Virus record (IMG/VR): IMGVR_UViG_3300009155_000040
Coordinates: 32,001-96,000 of that record
From: a virus
Strand: one strand, 5' to 3'
Length of the DNA: 64,000 bases
Shown here: positions 55,905-64,000 of the stretch, piece by piece
Position numbering within the stretch: the stretch's first letter is position 1
How the letters are laid out: each line of letters begins with the position of its first letter
Notes under the pieces: model-generated
The model's input: the letters and a program-made list of their open reading frames with translations, nothing else
The model's database searches: none
What the model was told of the DNA's origin: nothing
Position numbers and translations under genes: made by a program

Positions 55905-56990
55905 ATGGCTATTGGTCGTATTTCCGGTCAGCTCCTTAAGTCAAATCTACTCCGTAGTGGTGTAGACCTAGCTTTTGAGACTGATCTTCTCTATCTAAAT
56001 GTTGTTGACTCTCGAATTGGAGTTAACAAAGGCTCCCCAACATCTGTAGCTGGGCTTACCCAGTATCCTCTAGACGTAAACGGCACCACAAGGACAACAG
56101 ATTTAATTGTTGATAATACTCTAACGGTAGGACATTTCACAATCAGTGGAAATACTATTGCCAGCGATTTACCAACAATTACATTTGCACCAAGTGGTGG
56201 CGAACCTACAATTTATCATTCAAGATTGCAGGTCAATGACATTGACATTACAGACAATGTAATTTCTACCCTGAGCACTAACGCTGATTTAGAAATTAGC
56301 CCAAGCGGCACAGGCGCTGTAAAAATGTATTCCGATGCTACAGTTTCTGGTAACTTGACAGTTACTGGAAATATAGATGTTACTGGGAATATTACAATCG
56401 GTGGCAATCTTACCATTGGTGATGCGCTTACAGACAACATTGTAATCAACGCCAGTATCAAAAGCAGTTTAATTCCTGAAAGCGATAATGCCTATGATTT
56501 AGGTTCTATATCGTTTCAATGGAGAACTGTATATGCTAGAAACATCAACGCAGACAACTTAAACTCTGACACCCTTGATGTTGGCAATATTAAATTTTCC
56601 AACAATGTTATTTCAACAACACCCGGTACTGATCTAGTATTAGATCCAACAGGCACGGGCCGAGTTAGACTGGGCAACTTTGCAATATTAGACAACACCA
56701 TTACCAACGTTTCAGTAAATGCTGTAACTGTGTTAGCGCAAACAGGTGCATCTGCATATTTTAGAATAAATGGAACTAACGGATTCCGCCCACCAGTTGG
56801 TACGGTTGGACAACGTCCAACATCATACATGAGCCCGGCAACTGTAGGTGTTACACGCTTCAACATTGAAAGCCGAGCATTGGAAGTTTGGGACGGACTT
56901 GGTTGGGCAAGCCCTGCAGGTTCATCTGGGGCTGTTTCTGAAATTGGCGCCAGCGACATAGCACTTAGATATGTTTTAACACTAGGATAA
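55905..56990 (+). CDS. Putative fibre/structural protein (361 aa; start re-called to ATG 55905), paralogue of 54694..55770
   Basis: GGAGAG RBS. IGRISGQLLKSNLLRSGVDLAFETDLLYLNV N-terminus and GTVGQRP...GVTRFNIE..ALEVWDG C-terminus. Confidence 0.75.
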   Translation: MAIGRISGQLLKSNLLRSGVDLAFETDLLYLNVVDSRIGVNKGSPTSVAGLTQYPLDVNGTTRTTDLIVDNTLTVGHFTISGNTIASDLPTITFAPSGGEPTIYHSRLQVNDIDITDNVISTLSTNADLEISPSGTGAVKMYSDATVSGNLTVTGNIDVTGNITIGGNLTIGDALTDNIVINASIKSSLIPESDNAYDLGSISFQWRTVYARNINADNLNSDTLDVGNIKFSNNVISTTPGTDLVLDPTGTGRVRLGNFAILDNTITNVSVNAVTVLAQTGASAYFRINGTNGFRPPVGTVGQRPTSYMSPATVGVTRFNIESRALEVWDGLGWASPAGSSGAVSEIGASDIALRYVLTLG

Positions 56991-57000
56991 AAAGAAGAAA

Positions 57001-57333
57001 ATGCCAACCTCATTTAATCAAGCAATTGAAAGCGGAATTGGAACTAATCCAGTGACACTATTACAGGTGCCTACAGGATTTAAAGTTACAGTAATCGGTT
57101 GCAATTTAACAAACATTACAGAATACGACAACGCTATTGTTGACGTACAGATTACAACAGAAGGTAGTTCGTATGCTTACTATGCAAAAGGTGTGGTAAT
57201 ACCACCAAACACCAGTTTGAAATTAGTAACCAACGGAGAAAAATTAATACTTCCGCAGGGCGGCGGTATTAAAGTAACCAGTGATATAGATGGCAGCATT
57301 GATGCTGTTGTTAGTTACGTAGAATTGTCATAA
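57001..57333 (+). CDS. Small structural protein (110 aa), paralogue of 53784..54134
   Basis: Shared motif pattern with 53784..54134. Confidence 0.7.
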   Translation: MPTSFNQAIESGIGTNPVTLLQVPTGFKVTVIGCNLTNITEYDNAIVDVQITTEGSSYAYYAKGVVIPPNTSLKLVTNGEKLILPQGGGIKVTSDIDGSIDAVVSYVELS

Positions 57334-57342
57334 GGAGGATAT

Positions 57343-57720
57343 ATGCCAGCAGGTGGAAGTAATTATTACGTAGGTACAGATCCATATTCTTCGTTAGGAG
57401 ATACTCCTAGATTTTTCTACGGATTAAGAAAAAATGAAAATGGCAGTATGTTTTTTGAGCGTCTTGACAACATTCGAGATAAAGATACAGTAACTTTAAA
57501 TAATCCAGGATTGGATACTGATAACTACAATGACTTTGAAGTCGGTGTGGATTTCTTTGAAGGTACTGATGTTACACACAATCCTGTATTTTTAAATTTA
57601 AAATACCCGCAATACCGATGGGACGACAGAAGTTTGTTCTATTATATAGACGATGAAGGACAATTGATTGTGAGAATTAACAATGGTCACACCTACAATA
57701 ACGGTGACTCAGAAGGATAA
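57343..57720 (+). CDS. Hypothetical protein (125 aa) in the structural operon
   Basis: AGGAGG RBS; aromatic/acidic sequence (RFFYGLR...QYRWDDRSLFYYIDDEGQL). Confidence 0.7.
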   Translation: MPAGGSNYYVGTDPYSSLGDTPRFFYGLRKNENGSMFFERLDNIRDKDTVTLNNPGLDTDNYNDFEVGVDFFEGTDVTHNPVFLNLKYPQYRWDDRSLFYYIDDEGQLIVRINNGHTYNNGDSEG

Positions 57721-57725
57721 TGTAA

Positions 57726-60700
57726 ATGGCAGAGTTTAAATTAGCTAGATTTAAGTATACTTGGCAAGGAGACTGGGCACCAGCTGGTCGATATAACCCC
57801 GATGACATGATTGCCTATGGCGGCAAAGTATACACCTGTCTAGTAACACACAATGCAGCACCTGATTTTTATCTAGATTTAAATTATTTTAACAATGACA
57901 CGCCGCCATTGGCTGTTCCTCGTTGGGAACTTGTGGCTGATGGAGTTACATGGCAAGGCGATTGGCAATCAGATACCTACTACAAAATAGGCGACATAAT
58001 TAAACAATCAGGAACAGTTTACATCTGCGTTGAAGGACACACTTCAAACAGCAGATACTATCCAGATCCTTTTGATCCAGCACATCCGTTGATTATTAAT
58101 CCAACAGACCCAACGGGCGTTAAAGGATTTTTCACCAATGATGTTGACATAAATCAATATTGGACTGTACATTTAACTTCAAAAAATTGGCGCATTGATT
58201 GGGCACCAAACAGTTATTACACTGTTAATGACGTGGTTCGAGCAGGCGGTAGAACATATAGATGTAATCGTTCGCACACTTCAGCCAGTTCGTTCGAAGG
58301 CGGATTAGAAAGCAATATCTTATCATGGGATATTGTCAACATTGCCGACGACTGGAAAGGCAACTGGCAAAAAAACACCAAATATATTGTCAATGACATT
58401 GTTAAAGATGGGGGCAATGTATATCGTTGTGTTGCTGCACATCATTCAGCACTTTCAGATTCTGCAGGGTTAGCAGCAGATCTAGATCTTGGCGATAGCA
58501 CCCTGACAAAATGGGAAATCTTACACGAAAGCACTCAGTATAGAGACACATGGGTGTCTTCAACTCCAGTACTGGTTGAAGGGTTAATTACAAATGTATC
58601 AACTATTTACAAAGTCAATGATGTAGTAAAATATGGTTCATATGTTTGGAAATGTAATACATTCCATGTTGCAGGCGTTACGTTTGATCAACCAAAATTT
58701 GATATATTTTGTCCAGGCGAAGAGTTTGATGCAGACTGGTCTGCTACAACGTTTTATCAAGTAGGTGACATTGTATTTTACGGCGGTGATGTTTTTGTTT
58801 CAACATCCGGACATTCAAATGCGAACCCTTCGACCAGCCCTGCAATATGGTCATTGTTATTCCAAAGCAGCAATATTCGTGGAACTTGGAACAGTCTACG
58901 CCCATACAAAATCGGCGATGTTGTTAGAAAAGGCGGCAACGTATACCTAGCAGTAATTGACAATACTTCACAAGATCCAGATCTTCCTAATGACGGTAGC
59001 TCAACAAATTCTGGATATTGGGATTTGGTAATTTCCGGAATAGCATGGAAAGGTATTTGGACCGTTGGAAATGCTTATTCTACCGGCGATGTAGTTTCTT
59101 GGGGTGAAACATCATACAGATGTATAGATTCACATGATGCCACAGCATTCAACGCACCATTCGACGATGCGAATGGATTTACATGGACTCCTATTGTTGT
59201 TGGTAATAGCTATGCTAGATTAAAGCAAGTTGGAGATATTAAAACATATGGTCCTACATCAAGTAGCACTCTTGACTCTAAACGTTTGTCTATCGGTACT
59301 GAAGGAAACGTAGTAAGAGCAAATGCATACGGTGAAGTTGAGTGGAGAAACATATGGTCGTCTGCAAAAGTTTATTATGTAGGATTAACCGGTGAAGATG
59401 AACCTTCTTACGGTCTTACGCAACAGAAGCCATGGAGAACATTAAGATATGCCCTTGACAATGTCACTGGGTATGCCACAATTTTTGTAAGAACTGGAGT
59501 ATACGAAGAAATATTACCACTGCGTGTTCCGGCATTTGTGGCAGTAGTTGGTGATGAACTAAGAAGCACAGTGATTAAACCAGCTGGTCAAGTTTTTACA
59601 GATCTATATTTGAGTTTATTGGTTGTTGGATTTAGCTATCTAAAAGATTTAATCGGCCATATTATTAAAGAGGAATCTATCGGAACTACCGATATAGAAA
59701 GTGCTGCATTTGGAACTGTGATCTATGGAGAAATTGCACAAGATTTTTCGGGAACACCGGGTACAACAAGTGAAGTAACAGTTGTTGAAGGTTTGTTAGA
59801 AACATTCCTTACAAGAATTAGCACACGAGGCGGATCAGTATCAATCGCTGGATCTAACACAATAACAACCAGCACAAACATGCTGAACGCTAGACTGCAG
59901 ATACTTAACAATAAAGAATTTTTAAAGAACGAAATTACATTATATGTAGAAAATGTCTTTACAGATTCTACAGTAACTGACCTTCCAGCTAACTGGGATG
60001 TTGATCTAGATAGAGGTATTGATGCAATTACGTACGATATATATCGTGCAGGTAATTATAAAACAATCAGTGCTGCAGATTATTTTGTCTATGGAAATTT
60101 ACCAGACGTAAACAAACGTTCTAACATGTTCTTGTTAAGAGACGGTACTGGTTTAAGAAACATGTCACTGATTGGACTAAGTGGAACACTTGGTGCGATC
60201 AATTCCTATGGTACAAGACGTCCAAATGCAGGAGCATTTGCCAGCTTAGATCCGGGCTGGGGACCAAGCGATACAACTGCTTGGGTAGGCACACGAAGCC
60301 CTTACGTACAAAACGTTTCGACATTTGGCGACGGATGTATCGGTATGAAAGTTGACGGCGACCTACACGGCGGCGGCAACCAAACCATTGTTGCCAACGA
60401 CTTTACACAGATTATTAGTGACGGTATCGGTATGTGGTGTAACGGAACAGGCAAATCAGAACTTGTTTCGGTGTTCGTATATTATTGCCACGTGGGATAC
60501 TTGTGTACCAACGGTGGTAAGATTCGCGGAACAAACGGTAACTGCTCATACGGCGAGTTCGGTGCAGTATCGGAAGGTTACAACTCAACAGAAAATCCAA
60601 TTACAGGAACTGTTAACAACTACTATTACGAAGCTGATGTAAGTCAGATATTATGTAATGTGACCGGAAATATGTTAAAAGTATTTTTCTCTAATGCAGG

Positions 60701-63700
60701 TGTAAATTATTCATCAGGGAATTTTGCTGTTTCTGGTTCAGGCGGCAACGGTTCACTGGTCATGGACGAGTTCCGTGATGGCGCGGTATACGAAGTTCGA
60801 ATTGTCAACAGAGGCGATTCAAGTGCAGAAGGAGGTAGCTCATATCTATTCAACACTAATAAGTCTCAAGCTAGTATTGACAATTATTCTGTAATTCTTG
60901 CAGGTAGTGATGAAAATACCCCGGCTCAGTATAGAGGAATGCGATTGCTGATCACTGAAGGAACTGGTATCGGACAATACGGATATATCGCAGAATACAT
61001 TACTGCCACACTTACAATCATAATGGGTAAAGAATCAAAACCTCAATATGCTGTAACACAAACTTTTGCATCGGGCAACTTGATAAAAATTGCTTCTAAC
61101 ACACACTTAAACTTGAACGACAGAATCATATTCACAGGTACTAAGTTTGGAAATATCCAAGACAACTACATTTATTATGTTAAGGCTCTTTCTGGATCAG
61201 ACGGCTTCACAATCAGTACTTCTCCAGGAGGTACAGTATTCGGAATGATTAACGGTCTTCCTAGCACAGCGCCAGGAGCCACTCCGATGGTATTACATTG
61301 TGTAGGATGGGAGCATCTTAATGAAGGTACTGCACCTGTATCTGTATTAGATACTACTTCTGTTTATACTATTGAACCGAGAATAACATTTACTAGTCCA
61401 GGATTTACTACAGGCTCAAGCACACTGCCAAATAACTTAACATGGACCAGCATTGCATCTAGTGGCTTAAGATGGGTAGCTGTTGCTACAGGATCCAACG
61501 TGGTTGCATATACAGCAAACGGCACTAGCTGGAGTACTTCAACAATGCCGGCAAGCACTGCTTGGTGTAAAGTCGAACGTGTTGGCAATATCTTTATTGC
61601 TGTGTCTACCAGCGGAGTTGCTGCAAAATCTTCAGATGGTATTTCTTGGTCAGCAATGACAATGCCTACTGCTGCTCAATGGACCGACATTGCCTATGAC
61701 GGTACAACTTACGTTATTACAGCATCTGGTGAAAACTATGTAGCAACATCTACAGATGCTACTACTTGGACAACAGCTACTATCTTAGGCGGACACACAT
61801 TTACCTTAGGCAGTGGTGCAAAATTATCTACAACACAACAAAAATTTGGAGCTACTAGTTTAGTACTAAACGGAACCTCAGACTTCCTCACAGTAGGTTC
61901 AAACGCTGATTTTAATTACGGCACCGGCGACTTTACCATCGAAGGATGGTTCTATCCAAATGCATTAAGTGGCACACAAGCATTGTTTGATCAAAGAACC
62001 GCAGCCACTGAAGTGGCAATAATGATGGACGTGAATACTTCTGGAGTTGTTAGATTGTATGTTAACGGATCTTATGTACTCAGCTCTAACACAACAATTT
62101 CAGCAGGTGCATGGACACACATTGCTATTGCAAGATCAGCAGCGGTCACATCGATGTGGGTCGGCGGAACGCTTCAGTCAACTACATACGCAGATACAAA
62201 CAACTATCCAACTCGCCCAGTAGCGATTGGGGCATATTATGGCGGAGCTACATTTTTTAACGGTTACATTGATGAGGTTAGAATATCAAAAGGCATTGCT
62301 CGATATACAACAACATTCACACCAGCAACAGCAGCATTTGCATGGACTACCGGAACTGTATTATTGTTACACTTTGATGGCACTAACCTTAGCACAACAA
62401 TTTTAGACAATGCCGATGACTGGACCGGAGTTGCTTACGGAAAAGGAAAATTTGTTGCAGTTTCCTCAACAGGTTCTTTCTCAACCAGCACCAACGGAAC
62501 TAGTTGGACTGGTGGTTTTACTACAGTTGGATTAGCAAACATAGCCTACGGCGAAAATAAATTTGTTGCGGTACAAACAGGACTTGGTTCGACTGTTAGT
62601 GCAATATCGGTTGACGGCACAACATGGACATACGGAACACTACCAGCGGCAAATTGGCTTGGAGTTGGATACGGCCAAGGAACTTGGATTGCTGTAGCAC
62701 CAGGATCAAATTCAGCAGTTTCAAATGACGGAATTAACTGGACAACACAGTCGATTGGCAATGATCAATGGTGTGCAGTTTCTTTTGCAAATGTATCAAA
62801 ACCTGGAAAATTTATTGCAATTGCAGGTAAGTTGACAACATCTACTTCTGGTGTAGTAATCAGTACAGGAACCACAGCACAGGCTCGCGCAACTGTTGTT
62901 GCAGGAAGAATTTCAGAATTTAAAATTTGGGAACCAGGTAGCGGATATGTGTCTGCACCAGTAATGACAATTACAGATCCAAACAACAGTTCAGAAGTTA
63001 GCACATCGATACGCATTGGCAACGGAGTCATAGGAAATCCAACAATTGTAAATGCAGGTATTGGGTATCAAACTAACAGTACTAGAGCAATCATAACAGG
63101 AAACGGTTATAAAAATCAATATCAACTAGGCAGCTTCTTAGTCTGCGATAATGTTACCAGATTGCCTGGCCCAGGTGATAATTTATCAATCAGTGGAATC
63201 AATGACTATACCTATAAAGTATTGTCACATATAGTATTAGGTGGATCTATCGGAAACTACACATTGCAATTAAACATTGCAAAAGATTTAGGTAGAGAAG
63301 AAACACCAGAGCATGATACTACTATTGAAATTAGACAGGCATACAGTCAAGTTCGATTAACAGGACACGATTTCTTAGACATTGGACTAGGTGGAGTTGT
63401 GGCATCTAATTACCCAAATACACTGTCGCCAAACGGCACAGTACTTGCACCAGAAGACGAAATTCAGGAAAAAAATGGTGGACGTGTTTTCTACACATCA
63501 ACTGACCAAGACGGCAACTTCCGAGTTGGTGAGCTATTTGCAGTTGAACAAGCGACTGGTACTGTTACGTTGAATGCACAGTTCTTTGAATTGCAAGGAT
63601 TGGAAGAATTGCGATTGGGTGGTGTTACAGTTGGCGGATCGGGTGTTGTTATTCGTGAGTTTTCTACAGATAATACTTTTACTGCTGATTCAAATAACAT

Positions 63701-63923
63701 TGTACCGACACAAAAAGCCATTAAGGCCTATATACAAAGACGTGTATCGGGTGGCGGCGCAGACGCAATAACCAGTTTTGTTGTTGCTGGTTTGGTACAA
63801 ATAGGACCAACTGGAATTGGAACTACGGACGGAACAGAGTTAAAATTCCCGGTAAGGGTTAATTTTAAGAAGGGTGTGGACGGAACTTATCTTGCACAGA
63901 CTTATTTTATGTCAAAGAAGTAA
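57726..63923 (+). CDS. Large multidomain tail fibre/spike (2,065 aa)
   Basis: About ten W-x-G-x-W...Y..xDxV..GG..YxC repeats, a YYVG..G.D....PWRTLRYAL beta-helix cap, W-x-x-x-A-Y/S-G propeller repeats and a LamG-like domain (GDFTIEGWF...WTHIAIAR...YIDEVRISKG). Confidence 0.8.
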   Translation: MAEFKLARFKYTWQGDWAPAGRYNPDDMIAYGGKVYTCLVTHNAAPDFYLDLNYFNNDTPPLAVPRWELVADGVTWQGDWQSDTYYKIGDIIKQSGTVYICVEGHTSNSRYYPDPFDPAHPLIINPTDPTGVKGFFTNDVDINQYWTVHLTSKNWRIDWAPNSYYTVNDVVRAGGRTYRCNRSHTSASSFEGGLESNILSWDIVNIADDWKGNWQKNTKYIVNDIVKDGGNVYRCVAAHHSALSDSAGLAADLDLGDSTLTKWEILHESTQYRDTWVSSTPVLVEGLITNVSTIYKVNDVVKYGSYVWKCNTFHVAGVTFDQPKFDIFCPGEEFDADWSATTFYQVGDIVFYGGDVFVSTSGHSNANPSTSPAIWSLLFQSSNIRGTWNSLRPYKIGDVVRKGGNVYLAVIDNTSQDPDLPNDGSSTNSGYWDLVISGIAWKGIWTVGNAYSTGDVVSWGETSYRCIDSHDATAFNAPFDDANGFTWTPIVVGNSYARLKQVGDIKTYGPTSSSTLDSKRLSIGTEGNVVRANAYGEVEWRNIWSSAKVYYVGLTGEDEPSYGLTQQKPWRTLRYALDNVTGYATIFVRTGVYEEILPLRVPAFVAVVGDELRSTVIKPAGQVFTDLYLSLLVVGFSYLKDLIGHIIKEESIGTTDIESAAFGTVIYGEIAQDFSGTPGTTSEVTVVEGLLETFLTRISTRGGSVSIAGSNTITTSTNMLNARLQILNNKEFLKNEITLYVENVFTDSTVTDLPANWDVDLDRGIDAITYDIYRAGNYKTISAADYFVYGNLPDVNKRSNMFLLRDGTGLRNMSLIGLSGTLGAINSYGTRRPNAGAFASLDPGWGPSDTTAWVGTRSPYVQNVSTFGDGCIGMKVDGDLHGGGNQTIVANDFTQIISDGIGMWCNGTGKSELVSVFVYYCHVGYLCTNGGKIRGTNGNCSYGEFGAVSEGYNSTENPITGTVNNYYYEADVSQILCNVTGNMLKVFFSNAGVNYSSGNFAVSGSGGNGSLVMDEFRDGAVYEVRIVNRGDSSAEGGSSYLFNTNKSQASIDNYSVILAGSDENTPAQYRGMRLLITEGTGIGQYGYIAEYITATLTIIMGKESKPQYAVTQTFASGNLIKIASNTHLNLNDRIIFTGTKFGNIQDNYIYYVKALSGSDGFTISTSPGGTVFGMINGLPSTAPGATPMVLHCVGWEHLNEGTAPVSVLDTTSVYTIEPRITFTSPGFTTGSSTLPNNLTWTSIASSGLRWVAVATGSNVVAYTANGTSWSTSTMPASTAWCKVERVGNIFIAVSTSGVAAKSSDGISWSAMTMPTAAQWTDIAYDGTTYVITASGENYVATSTDATTWTTATILGGHTFTLGSGAKLSTTQQKFGATSLVLNGTSDFLTVGSNADFNYGTGDFTIEGWFYPNALSGTQALFDQRTAATEVAIMMDVNTSGVVRLYVNGSYVLSSNTTISAGAWTHIAIARSAAVTSMWVGGTLQSTTYADTNNYPTRPVAIGAYYGGATFFNGYIDEVRISKGIARYTTTFTPATAAFAWTTGTVLLLHFDGTNLSTTILDNADDWTGVAYGKGKFVAVSSTGSFSTSTNGTSWTGGFTTVGLANIAYGENKFVAVQTGLGSTVSAISVDGTTWTYGTLPAANWLGVGYGQGTWIAVAPGSNSAVSNDGINWTTQSIGNDQWCAVSFANVSKPGKFIAIAGKLTTSTSGVVISTGTTAQARATVVAGRISEFKIWEPGSGYVSAPVMTITDPNNSSEVSTSIRIGNGVIGNPTIVNAGIGYQTNSTRAIITGNGYKNQYQLGSFLVCDNVTRLPGPGDNLSISGINDYTYKVLSHIVLGGSIGNYTLQLNIAKDLGREETPEHDTTIEIRQAYSQVRLTGHDFLDIGLGGVVASNYPNTLSPNGTVLAPEDEIQEKNGGRVFYTSTDQDGNFRVGELFAVEQATGTVTLNAQFFELQGLEELRLGGVTVGGSGVVIREFSTDNTFTADSNNIVPTQKAIKAYIQRRVSGGGADAITSFVVAGLVQIGPTGIGTTDGTELKFPVRVNFKKGVDGTYLAQTYFMSKK

Positions 63924-63937
63924 TGGTTTGGTACACA

Positions 63938-63945
63938 GGTAAATA
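63938..63945 (+). promoter_or_regulatory. Late-promoter-like box GGTAAATA
   Basis: In the gap before the next gene; GGAG RBS at 63964-63967. Confidence 0.55.
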
Positions 63946-63973
63946 TATAATATGCGAAAAAACGGAGCTATAA

Positions 63974-64000
63974 ATGGCAGAGTTTAAACTAGGTAGAATT
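63974..64000 (+). CDS. Start of a paralogue of the 2,065-aa fibre (MAEFKLGRI..., truncated by the window end)
   Basis: ATGGCAGAGTTTAAA is identical to the start of 57726 (MAEFKLARF), and an RBS is present. Confidence 0.75.

Noticed and set aside
1-64000. Stop-codon reassignment (TAG almost unused)
   Set aside because: Genes up to 4,637 codons are open under the standard code and are not fragmented at TAG or TGA; low TAG use fits an AT-rich phage.
1-64000. CRISPR array, tRNA genes, DGR template/variable repeats, inteins, transposases
   Set aside because: No regularly spaced repeats, cloverleaf/CCA patterns, adenine-only mismatched repeat pairs, reverse transcriptase, intein splice motifs or transposase motifs were seen by eye.

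Overview
64 kb of a large T4-like myovirus genome (probably an uncultured jumbo phage), almost entirely virion-morphogenesis genes. Minus strand 1-34.4 kb: tail-fibre-like paralogues, a 4,637-aa baseplate-associated protein, and gp6-, gp25-, gp5-, hub-, gp53- and gp48/54-like baseplate genes. Plus strand 34.4-39.1 kb: gp55-like late sigma factor, gp47/gp46 nuclease, a small basic protein, a GIY-YIG nuclease and a CxxC protein, followed by the only large non-coding gap (about 530 nt). That gap appears to fold into a candidate ~370-nt structured ncRNA and is followed by a terminator. Next come two putative head-internal proteins, a gp26/gp51-like pair apparently joined by a programmed -1 frameshift, a tape-measure-like gene, the head module (portal, possible glycosyltransferase-like enzyme, core, protease, scaffold, major capsid) and a further block of structural/fibre genes. 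Fourteen T4-late-type (N)NTAAATA boxes sit at gene junctions. Three lie exactly 5 nt before an ATG, suggesting leaderless mRNAs, and two are followed by structured 5' leaders. No tRNA, rRNA, CRISPR array, intein or mobile element was recognised. All product calls come from motif recognition and synteny by eye, not database searches.
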